64,000 nt of DNA, taken from an uncultured Acidobacteriota bacterium (GTDB lineage Bacteria; Acidobacteriota; Terriglobia; Terriglobales; Acidobacteriaceae). The notes beneath the pieces are model-generated. The model saw nothing but the letters and a program-made list of their open reading frames with translations. It was not told the DNA's origin and did not search any database. Made by a program: the position numbers and the translations under genes. Location of the stretch: the NCBI GenBank assembly GCA_963758565.1, contig CAVWVX010000002.1, forward strand, positions 202,186 through 266,185, read 5' to 3'. Shown piece by piece: positions 34,467-43,985 of the stretch (the first letter of the stretch is position 1; every line of letters begins with the position of its first letter).

Positions 34467-35438
34467 TCACGCCGGGATCGCCGAGGTTGGAATCTGCTGC
34501 GCTTTATTCCTAAGTTCTTCAAAGAGGATCGTGCTCAGGTAGCGTTCTCCGAACGAGGGCAATACCACCACAATCAGCTTCCCGGCATTCTCCGCCCGGC
34601 GCGCCACTTGCAATGCCGCCGTCACCGCAGCGCCTGAAGATATTCCGACAAACAATCCTTCTTCCAGTGGAAGACGTCGCGCCATGCGAATGGCTTCATC
34701 GTTCGTGACCGTGATGACTTCATCAATGTAGTCGCGCCGCAAGATGCTGGGAACAAAGCCCGCGCCAATTCCCTGGATTTTATGCGGCGATGGTTTTCCT
34801 CCCGAAAGCACGGCGCTGTCAGCGGGCTCTACCGCAATCGCCTTGAACGACGGTTTCTTCGGCTTGATGTATTCGCAAACCCCGGTGATGGTTCCCCCGG
34901 TGCCGACGCCGGAAATCAGAATATCGACACGCCCGTCAGTGTCGTTCCAGATTTCAGGACCGGTGGTTTCGAAGTGTATCTTGGGATTGGCGGCGTTATC
35001 GAACTGTTGCAGCATGTAGCTATTGGGAGTGTTTCCTAACAACTCCTGCGCTTTGGCTATGGCACCCTTCATTCCGTTGGGACCAGGTGTAAGAACGATC
35101 TCTGCACCGAAAGCCAGCAGCAGCACGCGCCGCTCCATGCTCATGGTTTCCGGCATCACCAGGATGAGCCGGTAACCTTTCACCGCTGCTACAAAGGCCA
35201 GGCCGATTCCGGTATTGCCGCTGGTAGGCTCAATCAGCACGGTTTTTCCCGGGGCAATTTTCCCCGCCCGCTCCGCCTCGGTAACCATGCTTACGCCGAT
35301 GCGGTCTTTCACGCTGCCCACTGGATTCTGACTTTCCAGCTTGGCCACCACTTCCGCCACGCAGCCGCCGGTCACTTTGTTCAGCCGTACCAGCGGAGTG
35401 TGCCCGATCAGTTCGGTAACGTCTTTGGCAATCTTCAT
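34467..35438 (-). CDS. cysK: Cysteine synthase A (O-acetylserine sulfhydrylase)
   Basis: Start trimmed to the ATG at 35438 ([22 protein letters not shown]). PLP-lysine context [11 protein letters not shown]. Also [18 protein letters not shown] and GTGGTITG. Confidence 0.92.
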   Translation of the reverse strand: MKIAKDVTELIGHTPLVRLNKVTGGCVAEVVAKLESQNPVGSVKDRIGVSMVTEAERAGKIAPGKTVLIEPTSGNTGIGLAFVAAVKGYRLILVMPETMSMERRVLLLAFGAEIVLTPGPNGMKGAIAKAQELLGNTPNSYMLQQFDNAANPKIHFETTGPEIWNDTDGRVDILISGVGTGGTITGVCEYIKPKKPSFKAIAVEPADSAVLSGGKPSPHKIQGIGAGFVPSILRRDYIDEVITVTNDEAIRMARRLPLEEGLFVGISSGAAVTAALQVARRAENAGKLIVVVLPSFGERYLSTILFEELRNKAQQIPTSAIPA

Positions 35439-35473
35439 GGCGAGTGCTCTCCCTTCATCGCTTCGATCCCGGC

Positions 35474-36028
35474 TTACTTTGTCATGACGGTCTTCGCTGC
35501 CTCGTCGGTGCGAAGCGGCAATGCCAGAGCATCCTGCACAGACTTCGGCAGCTTGTCGGCCTGCGCCACCAACAAACTTACCTGCCACATCTGAGTATCG
35601 GATAGCACGGGCTTGAAGCCGGGCATCCCCGTGAGGCGAATACCATTCGCCACTTTCCAGTAGCTTTCACCCGGCTCGTCGTCGGTGACGCCCCGGCCTT
35701 CCATCAATTTTGGCGGCCGCGGAAACATTCCGGTCGCAATCAGCGTCTCTTTTTGCGCCGGAAGTCCGTGGCATACGGCACAATGCTCGCGGTAGATTTG
35801 CGCTCCCGCGGCCAGATTGGATTCATCTCCTTGAATGGGAACTGTCTTCGGCATCTCGCGCTGCACTCGCGCGTTCAGTGCTTGATGCGCCAGCTTCTTT
35901 TCAAATGGCATGGCCTGGGCAGAAGTCGCCACTGGAGCCTGCCCCGTCGCAAAGTAAAAATAAACGCCGGCCAGAACCCCAACCACCCCCAAAATGATTC
36001 CGAAAACCAGCGTGCCGAACATGCGCAT
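35474..36028 (-). CDS. Membrane-anchored monohaem c-type cytochrome
   Basis: N-terminal [25 protein letters not shown]. Single CAVCHG haem-binding motif. Distal Met candidates are present downstream. Confidence 0.8.
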   Translation of the reverse strand: MRMFGTLVFGIILGVVGVLAGVYFYFATGQAPVATSAQAMPFEKKLAHQALNARVQREMPKTVPIQGDESNLAAGAQIYREHCAVCHGLPAQKETLIATGMFPRPPKLMEGRGVTDDEPGESYWKVANGIRLTGMPGFKPVLSDTQMWQVSLLVAQADKLPKSVQDALALPLRTDEAAKTVMTK

Positions 36029-36299
36029 GCAAAGCTCCTTGCCTGGGTCAGAACCGGTAAAAGTATGAAACCGGAGATGTGATTCTAGCTGATTTGATCG
36101 TCAAGGCGCATTTTTGCCGGATTGAATTACGCGATAGGAAAGATCGAGAGAAAGCCCCGGAAATCATGCGGAGGGGCTGATTTCTGGGGCGAGGAGCCGG
36201 AACACGTATCTCCCGATCAGACTGGGTTTGAAGCAGCAAGCCATCGACCAAGAAACCCGCCAAGGCGTACGAGCAGCGGGACGGTGCTCGTCGAACTTG

Positions 36300-39155
36300 C
36301 TACACCCCGACCGTCTCTTCCCGCGGTTTCCCCGCCAGCAACTGCCTCAACACGTACTGCAGAATCCCGCCGTTAGCGTAGTACAGCGCCTCCTGCGGAG
36401 TATCGATGCGCACCAGCGCTTCAAACTCTTTGGGCTGGTCTTTGCCGCCTCCGCCGCTGTTGGCTGCTGACGATGCGCGAACTTTCACTTTCTGTCCCGC
36501 CGCGTAACGGTCGATCAGCCCGCGGATGCCGGTGATCTCAAACACTTCTTCGCCGGTCAGGCCATGGGTTTCGGCATTCTCTCCCGCAAGAAATTGCAAC
36601 GGCAGCACTCCCATTCCCACCAGGTTCGAGCGGTGAATGCGTTCGTAGCTTTCGGCGATCACGGCGGAGACGCCCAGCAGGCGCGGCCCCTTCGCTGCCC
36701 AGTCACGAGATGAGCCCGAGCCGTATTCTTTGCCCGCCAGAATGATCAGCGGCGTGCCCTCCGCAATATATTTCTCCGACGCGTCGAAGATCGACATCTC
36801 CTGATTGGTCGGCAGATGGCGGGTGTAGCCGCCTTCCACACTCACTAGCTTATTTCGTAAGCGGACGTTGGCGAACGTTCCCCGCACCATCACTTCGTGA
36901 TTGCCGCGCCGCGAGCCGTACGAGTTAAAGTCTGCCGGCTTTACGCCATGCTCCTGCAAGTATTTTCCTGCCGGTCCATCCTTCTTGATCGAGCCTGCGG
37001 GAGAAATGTGGTCGGTGGTCACGCTGTCGCCCAGTACCGCCAGCACCCGCGCGCCTTTAATCTCGTTTACAGCCGAAGGCTGGATCTTCATGTCATCGAA
37101 ATAAGGCGCGCGCCGAATGTAGGTGGAATCTTCTTCCCACTCGTAAGTTTCGCCCTTGGGCACCGAGAGTCCGCGCCAGCGCTCGTCGCCGTCGAAGACT
37201 CCGGCGTAACTCTTGGTAAACATTTCGGCGGTCACTGATTTCTCCACCGCTTGTTCCACTTCACTTTGCGTTGGCCAGATGTCCTTGAGATAAACCGGCT
37301 TGCCATCCTTACCTTTGCCGATCGCGTCTTTGCGCAGGTCAATATCGATACGCCCCGCCAGCGCGAAGGCCACCACCAGCGGCGGCGACATCAAATAATT
37401 TGCCCGCACCTCGGAGTTGATGCGTCCTTCAAAGTTGCGATTGCCCGAAAGCACCGAAGCCACCACCAGCTCTTTTTCTTCAATCGCCTCCGAAACTTCT
37501 GTGGGCAGCGGCCCCGAGTTGCCGATGCACGTGGTGCATCCGTAGCCGACGATATTGAACTTGAGTTCGTCCAGATAAGGACGCAGTCCGGCATTCTCCA
37601 GATAATCGCGAACCACTTTTGACCCCGGCGCCAGCGATGCCTTCACCCAGGCCGGCAGCGATAGTCCTTTCTCGACAGCTTTTTTGGCCAGAAGTCCCGC
37701 GGCCATCATGACCGAAGGATTCGAAGTGTTCGTGCACGATGTGATCGCCGCGATCACCACGCTGCCATGCTTCAACGACTTCTTCACGCTGACCGGGACG
37801 TGTTCCGCCACACTGTCATCCTGTACCCCAACCGCCGTGGGGCTACCGCCTTCCTGCTCCCAGCGATCCATCTGCCGCGGCGCGCTGCCTGGAGACGCAT
37901 TTCCTGAAGCAGCTGGAATCGCCACATTCGCCGCCGCTGCCGTCTTCGGCTTGATCAACGAGGGCAACGCTTTGTTGAACGATTCTCCCGCCTGCGACAG
38001 AAGGACGCGATCCTGCGGACGCTTCGGCCCCGCCAGGCTCGGTTCAACTGTGCCGAGATCAAGCGACAGCAGCTCGGAGTACTCCGCCTCCGGCGTGTGC
38101 TCGTCATGGAACAATCCCTGCTCGCGGCAGTAAGCCTCCACCAACGCAACTTGCTCCGCGCTCCGCCCGCTGAGTTTCAAATACTTCAACGTCTCTTTAT
38201 CTACCGGAAAGATTCCACATGTCGCCCCGTACTCCGGAGACATATTTGCAATCGTCGCCCGATCCGCCAGCGGCAAATCGCGCAGTCCGGGTCCAAAGTA
38301 TTCAACAAACTTGCCGACCACGCCATGCTTCCGCAACATCTCCGTAATAGTCAGGACCAAATCCGTAGCAGTCGCGCCTTCGGGCAGTTTCCCCGTCAAC
38401 TTCACCCCCACCACCAGCGGAATCAACATGGAAACCGGCTGCCCCAACATCGCCGCCTCCGCCTCAATCCCCCCCACTCCCCACCCCAAAACCCCCACCC
38501 CATTTATCATTGTCGAATGTGAGTCGGTGCCGACTAACGTGTCGGGGCTGGCGACGGGTTTGCCGTTTTCATCTTTTACGAAGACGACGCGGGCGAGGTA
38601 TTCGAGGTTCACCTGGTGGACGATGCCGGTGTCGGGGGGGACGATGGCGAGGTTGCGGAATCCGGTTTGGCCCCAGCGGAGGAAGGAGTAACGCTCTTTA
38701 TTGCGCTGGAATTCGAGCAGGGCGTTCATGTCGAAAGCTGAAGAGGTGCCGAACTCATCCACTTGCACGGAGTGGTCGATGACTAACTCGACCGGCTGCA
38801 GAGGATTGATGAGGGTGGGGTCGCCGCCGAGTTGCTGCATGGCATCGCGCATGGCGGCCAAGTCGACCACGCACGGAACGCCGGTGAAATCCTGCAGGAG
38901 GACGCGGCTGGGAGTGAAGGCGATTTCTTTATCCGGCTTGGAATTTTTGTTCCACGCGGCCATGGAGCGCACGTCTTCTTTCTTGACGTTGCGGCCATCT
39001 TCGGTGCGCAGAAGGTTCTCCAGCAGTATGCGCAGGGAGTAGGGAAGATGTTTGGTGGAGATGCCTTGCTTATCGAGGGCGTCGAGGCGATAAATTTCGT
39101 ATTCTTTGTTGCCGACTTTGAGGGTGGCGCGGGAGTTAAAACTATTCAGCGACAT
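36300..39155 (-). CDS. acnA: Aconitate hydratase A
   Basis: 951 aa. MSLNSFNSRATLKVGNKEYEIYRL.. N-terminus, Fe-S ligand contexts ITSCTNTSNP and GCTTCIGNSG, and the C-terminal swivel domain. Confidence 0.95.
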   Translation of the reverse strand: MSLNSFNSRATLKVGNKEYEIYRLDALDKQGISTKHLPYSLRILLENLLRTEDGRNVKKEDVRSMAAWNKNSKPDKEIAFTPSRVLLQDFTGVPCVVDLAAMRDAMQQLGGDPTLINPLQPVELVIDHSVQVDEFGTSSAFDMNALLEFQRNKERYSFLRWGQTGFRNLAIVPPDTGIVHQVNLEYLARVVFVKDENGKPVASPDTLVGTDSHSTMINGVGVLGWGVGGIEAEAAMLGQPVSMLIPLVVGVKLTGKLPEGATATDLVLTITEMLRKHGVVGKFVEYFGPGLRDLPLADRATIANMSPEYGATCGIFPVDKETLKYLKLSGRSAEQVALVEAYCREQGLFHDEHTPEAEYSELLSLDLGTVEPSLAGPKRPQDRVLLSQAGESFNKALPSLIKPKTAAAANVAIPAASGNASPGSAPRQMDRWEQEGGSPTAVGVQDDSVAEHVPVSVKKSLKHGSVVIAAITSCTNTSNPSVMMAAGLLAKKAVEKGLSLPAWVKASLAPGSKVVRDYLENAGLRPYLDELKFNIVGYGCTTCIGNSGPLPTEVSEAIEEKELVVASVLSGNRNFEGRINSEVRANYLMSPPLVVAFALAGRIDIDLRKDAIGKGKDGKPVYLKDIWPTQSEVEQAVEKSVTAEMFTKSYAGVFDGDERWRGLSVPKGETYEWEEDSTYIRRAPYFDDMKIQPSAVNEIKGARVLAVLGDSVTTDHISPAGSIKKDGPAGKYLQEHGVKPADFNSYGSRRGNHEVMVRGTFANVRLRNKLVSVEGGYTRHLPTNQEMSIFDASEKYIAEGTPLIILAGKEYGSGSSRDWAAKGPRLLGVSAVIAESYERIHRSNLVGMGVLPLQFLAGENAETHGLTGEEVFEITGIRGLIDRYAAGQKVKVRASSAANSGGGGKDQPKEFEALVRIDTPQEALYYANGGILQYVLRQLLAGKPREETVGV

Positions 39156-39582
39156 GATGGCCTTCTTTGCGATGAGAGATGCCGCACTGTCTGAGGGGCG
39201 GGAGTGGGTGAGGATCTCCGGCCTGGGGATCAGAGCGGAACACCGGAACTTATAAGTTTAGCTGGTTTGGGGAGGAAAGCGTAGGGGAGTGGGGCGATGT
39301 CGAGATTTTGGTTCCGGAAAATAAATGGGGCCAGTTCCGTCTGTCCCCGGTTTATTCCTCGCGCATCGATACCAGTTCCCCTAGGGTATGTGAGCTGGGG
39401 TTGGTCGGGTACTGCCACGTACACTCCGGGCCAGTGTGCTTCGACTTCTAACTGGTGCTTGACCTCGCCCAGCGTAACCACGCCTTCGTGGAGGCCAGGA
39501 AGCTCATATCCCACCTGGGCGGATTTGGTGCCTTTTAACGGGCAGATCTCGTGCCACTAGTTTTGTGAATGTGAGGATACTA

Positions 39583-40047
39583 ATGCGACTGATCAGATAT
39601 GCCCTTGTTGTCGTCCTTATCGCCTCAAACGCGAGCGCAGGTGATACTGCGGCGCTGTCCCTCAAGCTGACTGCGCTTGACTATGTGGTGAAGAGCGGAT
39701 CCAAGATTATGATTCAGGTGACTACTACCAACCGGTCCGATCACCCGATCACCTATCATAATACGAATCGCTGCGATTACTCGGTTAAGGTCCTATCGGG
39801 CAATGGCGCACCGGCTCCCGAAACACCGTTCAAGAAACAGCTGGACTGCAGCGGCGGCGAATTGAGAACTACCGGCAGAGATATCGTGGTGACTCTGAAG
39901 AGCGGCGAATCTGATCGGGAGCAGATCGAGATCACAGAGTTATACAATATGTCCGCTCCCGGTGATTATATAGTTCAGGTAGAGCGGACATTCCCTGAGA
40001 TTGGCCACTTTCGCTCCAATGCCGTAAATGTAAGGCTCAAACAATGA
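39583..40047 (+). CDS. Secreted hypothetical protein
   Basis: ATG at 39583 with GAGGA 7 nt upstream (the track ORF starts at the GTG at 39565). Signal peptide MRLIRYALVVVLIASNASAGD. No family recognised. Confidence 0.55.
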   Translation: MRLIRYALVVVLIASNASAGDTAALSLKLTALDYVVKSGSKIMIQVTTTNRSDHPITYHNTNRCDYSVKVLSGNGAPAPETPFKKQLDCSGGELRTTGRDIVVTLKSGESDREQIEITELYNMSAPGDYIVQVERTFPEIGHFRSNAVNVRLKQ

Positions 40048-40062
40048 ATTTAAGCATCGCCC

Positions 40063-41595
40063 TTGGGGGCGAATAGCGTCAGAAGCACAGGTTGCCGGGA
40101 ACGAGCAGTGAATCGTAGAATCGCATCTCTCTTAGCTTCTCAGATGCTCCTTGTCGGAATGCGCTCCGCCGCCGAGCTAACGCCCGTCTCACCAGACTTC
40201 GCGGTTCAATGGAACTCCGCCACCCTCCAGGGCATCCGCGATGCCAAGCTTGGCGCGCCCGTGGTCGCCCGCGCCCTAGCTATCGTCCACACTTGCATGT
40301 ATGACGCCTGGGCGGCCTACGATGAGCGCGCCATCGGACTCATCTGGGCGGGGCGCTGCGGCGTCCGGCGTCCGAGCGAACGCTGGCCAACAAAGAGCAA
40401 GCCGTCAGCTATGCTGCGTACCGCGCGTTGGTGGACGTGCTGCCCGTCGATACCAATGCGGTTTACATTCCGCTGATGAAGCAGCTCGGCTACGATCCGG
40501 GCGACGATTCCACCGACATTGAGACGCCCACCGGCATTGGCAATGTCGCCTGCGCCGCCGTGCTTGAATACCGCCATCACGATAAGTCGAACCAGCTGGG
40601 CGATCTGGCGCAAGGGCCTTATTCCGATTGGACGGGCTACGCCTCCCTAAACACGGCCAGCCCGGTGCCGTCGCGAACGCCGCCAGCCGACCCTAACCAT
40701 TGGCAGCCGCTGACCTACGTGAACTCCACCGGCGACCTGATGGCGCAACGATTCGTCGGAGCCCAGTGGTGCTACGTGACTCCGTTCGCGCTTACCGGCG
40801 GAGACCAATATCGCTGGCTCATGCGCCTTTTCGGTCCGGCCAAGGATGGCTCGAAGGAATATCAGCGAAGAGTTGGTGGCGATGAGCGCGGGGCTGACCG
40901 ACCGGCAAAAGATGATCGCCGAATACTGGTCGGATGGGCCGAACTCCGAGCAGCCTCCCGGCCACTGGGCACTATTCGCGCAGATCGTCTCCGAGCGCGA
41001 CCACCACACGCTGGATGATGATGTGAAGATGTTTTTCGCATTATCGAACGCCATGTTCGACGCCAGCATTGCGGTGTGGGATGCGAAGCGGGAATATGAT
41101 TCGGTGCGTCCGGTGACCGCGATTCCATTTCTGTTCCGCGGCAAGACGATCCGCTCCTGGGGCGGTCCGGGCAAGGGAACGGTGGAGATGGATGGTTCGC
41201 AGTGGATTCCGTATCAGGCGGTAACCTTTCCGACGCCGCCGTTTCCGGACTATGTTTCCGGACACAGCGCTTATAGCGCAGCGGCGGCGCGAATCCTTGA
41301 ACTGTGGAGCGGCAGCGACCGGTTCGGGTATTCCGTCACTGTTACTGCAGGGAGTTCGAAGATTGAGCCGGGGATCACGCCAGCGCGGCCGGTGACTTTG
41401 CGATGGGAGACATTTAGTGCTGGCGCGAACGAAGCTGGCATGTCACGGCGGTATGGCGGAATCCACTTTCGCGCGGCTGACCTGGCGGGGCGATTATTGG
41501 GGCGCGTGGTGGCCTTCGATGCCTGGAAGAAGGTGCAGGGGTATTTCGATGGAAGCGCTGGGGAACGCGTCAGTGCGATCGTCGGTGCCGAGTAG
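40063..41595 (+). pseudogene. Vanadium-dependent haloperoxidase / PAP2-superfamily protein disrupted by two 1-nt frameshifts
   Basis: Three overlapping ORFs (40063.., 40428.., 40846..) in frames 1/0/1 read through as one protein. The junctions are ..MYDAWAAYDERAIG | LGGALRRPASERTLANKEQAVSYAAYRALVDVLP.. and ..AKDGSKEYQ | EELVAMSAGLTDRQKMIAEYWSDGP..PPGHW.. PAP2 motifs: KREYDSVRP, YVSGHSAY, SRRYGGIHFRAAD. Confidence 0.7.
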
Positions 41596-41803
41596 GTTCA
41601 GGATCTCCTCTGCTCGCTGACTCGGCAATTCATCCCAAGCAGCCGAGCGCGGCCGCCTTCATCGTCACCAAAATAATGAGTGAGCACTATTGAGCAGCCT
41701 TGCAGCCTTGCCTCGCCCTACCATCGTCGCAAGGTAAATATCCATGACAACCGCAGTGCTCGAAGCCTCCACTCCTCTCGTCACTTACAACAGCAAAGCC
41801 ATC

Positions 41804-42856
41804 ATGAAAGCGCTGGTCTATCACGGACCGGGCAAATACGGCTGGGAGGACAAGCCGCGACCCACGATCATGGAGGCAGCCGACGCCATCGTGCGAGTTA
41901 CGACGTCCACGATCTGCGGAACCGATCTGCACATTCTTAAAGGCGATCTGCCTGCCGTAACCGACGGACGCATTCTCGGCCACGAGGCTATCGGCGTGAT
42001 CGAAGAAGTCGGCACGGGGGTCTAGGAGTTTCACGCCGGCGACAAGGTGATTGTCTCCTGCGTCACCGCTTGCCTGAAGTGCGACTTCTGCAAGCGAGGC
42101 ATGTATTCGCATTGCCGCCACGGCGGTTGGATTCTGGGCTACACCCTCGACGGAACTCAGGCGGAGTACGTACGCATCCCGCAAGCCGATGGCAGCTTGT
42201 ACCACTTTCCGGCTGGCGCCGACGAAGAAGCCATGGTCATGCTCAGCGACATTCTGCCCACCGGCTTCGAGTGCGGCGCCCTGAACGGCCAGGTGAAGCC
42301 AGGAGACTCCATTGCGATTGTGGGAGCGGGACCGGTGGGACTGGCGGTTCTGCTGACCGCGCAATTCTATTCGCCGGCGGCGATCTTCATGATCGACCTC
42401 GACCAGAAGCGGCTGGCGGTGGCCAGGACGTTAGGCGCGACCAATCTCGTCAATAGTTCTGACGGACACGCTGCGCAGGAGGTGATGAAACTCACCGAAG
42501 GCGCCGGCGTCGATGTGGCCATTGAAGCCGTCGGGCTGCCCGCTACTTTTGCCATCTGCCAGGACATTGTAGGACCCGGCGGCCGCATCGCCAACGTAGG
42601 CGTTCACGGGAAGCCTGTGGAACTCCATCTGGAAAAGCTTTGGGACCGCAATATTGCCATCACCAATGCCCTGGTGGATGCGGTGACTACTCCGATGCTG
42701 CTCAAGGTCGTGCGTTCGGGCAAGCTGCAGCCCGCCAAGCTGGTGACTCACCGCTTTGCCATGAACGACATCCTGAAGGCATACGACACATTCGCCAACG
42801 CAGCCAGAGAGAGCGCACTGAAGGTGGTGCTCACGAATGGCGGGGCGCGCGGGTGA
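41804..42856 (+). pseudogene. Zinc-dependent (MDR-family) alcohol dehydrogenase interrupted by an in-frame TAG
   Basis: ORFs 41744..42025 and 42047..42856 share one frame. The sequence reads ..ICGTDLHILKG..GHEAIGVIEEVGTGV-TAG(42023-42025)-EFHAGDKVIVSCVTACLKCDFCKRG.. NAD-binding motif IVGAGPVGL. The likely true start is MKALVYHGPG at 41804. Confidence 0.7.
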
Positions 42857-43023
42857 GTAGGCGCGATTTCAGGACTCAAAACGGGAATCGGATCGCCACA
42901 CTTTAGGGCCCCCTCTGCAGTTCTGGCTTGTGGTTCTGCGCCTCACTGCCGAAAGATTAATTACAGGCACTGGACCAAAAAATTTCGGACGATTGATCAA
43001 CCTTATCCAGGGAGGGCACGCTC

Positions 43024-43977
43024 ATGCGGACGCCAGAATATTTCAGGGCCTCTCAAGTTCTATTGTTCTCGACTTTATTTCTTTGCTGCGTGGCTGATGT
43101 TTCGGGACAGGCCAAGCCGGCGGCTCCCGCCAACCATGCTCAGTCCTCCAGCGCAGGCGTGCCCTCCGCCGATGCTTCCAAGTATGTGGGTGTGGAAACC
43201 TGTAAGGGCTGTCACGAAGAAATCTACACGGCATGGGAGAAGACTCCGCACTGGAAGACCACTCTCAATACAAAGGGTGGTCCGGGGCAGCAGGGTTGCG
43301 AAGGCTGCCATGGTGCCGGCGCCGAGCACGTGGCCGGAGGCGGGGACAAGAGTAAGATTTACATTTTTAAGGACCACTCGCGGGAAGAAACCAGCGCCCG
43401 CTGTTTAACCTGTCACGGCGAGGGTCGCCAACAATCTCACTACTCGCAGTCCGCCCATGCCGGCAGCGCAGTCGGTTGCCTGGATTGCCACTCTCCGCAT
43501 CACGCCAAAGAGCCGGAGCACCTTCTGGTGCAGAGCCAGCCCCAGTTATGTTATGGCTGCCACACGGCCGCCAAAGCCGATTTCGCCAAGCCCTTTCATC
43601 ACCGGGTGAATGAAGGTCTGGTGCAATGCGCCGACTGCCACAATCCGCACGGCACCGCGACGGTGAGGCAAGTACGCACCCTGCCCAGCGGAGATGCCGT
43701 CTGCTACAAGTGCCACGTCGATAAGCAGGGACCATTTGTTTACGAGCATGTGCCGGTCAAGACGGAGGGTTGCACCAGCTGCCATTCGCCCCACGGCTCG
43801 ACCAACCCGCGGCTTCTAAAGGTGGGCTTGGTCAACATGATGTGCCTGCAGTGCCACACCGCCCCGACGCAAGGGCCAGCCGGGCCGGCGCACAATCAGT
43901 CGGCGAAATATCAAGCCTGCACCATGTGCCACAACCAGATTCACGGCTCGAACTTCAGCGCTGTCTTTTTCAAATGA
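43024..43977 (+). CDS. Periplasmic decahaem c-type cytochrome (MtrA/DmsE/PioA family-like)
   Basis: 317 aa with a signal peptide and ten CxxCH motifs: CKGCH, CEGCH, CLTCH, CLDCH, CYGCH, CADCH, CYKCH, CTSCH, CLQCH, CTMCH. Confidence 0.88.
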   Translation: MRTPEYFRASQVLLFSTLFLCCVADVSGQAKPAAPANHAQSSSAGVPSADASKYVGVETCKGCHEEIYTAWEKTPHWKTTLNTKGGPGQQGCEGCHGAGAEHVAGGGDKSKIYIFKDHSREETSARCLTCHGEGRQQSHYSQSAHAGSAVGCLDCHSPHHAKEPEHLLVQSQPQLCYGCHTAAKADFAKPFHHRVNEGLVQCADCHNPHGTATVRQVRTLPSGDAVCYKCHVDKQGPFVYEHVPVKTEGCTSCHSPHGSTNPRLLKVGLVNMMCLQCHTAPTQGPAGPAHNQSAKYQACTMCHNQIHGSNFSAVFFK

Positions 43978-43985
43978 GGATTTAT

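Noticed and set aside
35439-35588. 50-codon N-terminal extension of cysK overlapping the cytochrome c gene
   Set aside because: The conserved CysK N-terminus begins at the ATG at 35438. The extension is Gly/Arg/Ala-rich and would overlap the upstream gene's 3' end.
39230-39514. 94-aa minus-strand ORF between acnA and the secreted hypothetical gene
   Set aside because: No RBS, motif or homology that I can recognise, and it sits in the acnA upstream region. The evidence is insufficient to call it a gene.
42023-42025. In-frame TAG in the alcohol dehydrogenase as pyrrolysine or programmed recoding
   Set aside because: The window has no pyl genes or PYLIS-like context. The position is a variable surface residue in MDR enzymes, and an adjacent gene is also disrupted. 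A nonsense mutation or sequencing error is more parsimonious.
43770-43985. N-terminal 72 codons of the 845-aa ORF overlapping the decahaem cytochrome gene
   Set aside because: It overlaps the 3' end of the cytochrome gene in another frame. A signal peptide and an RBS-supported ATG occur just after the cytochrome stop (43986).
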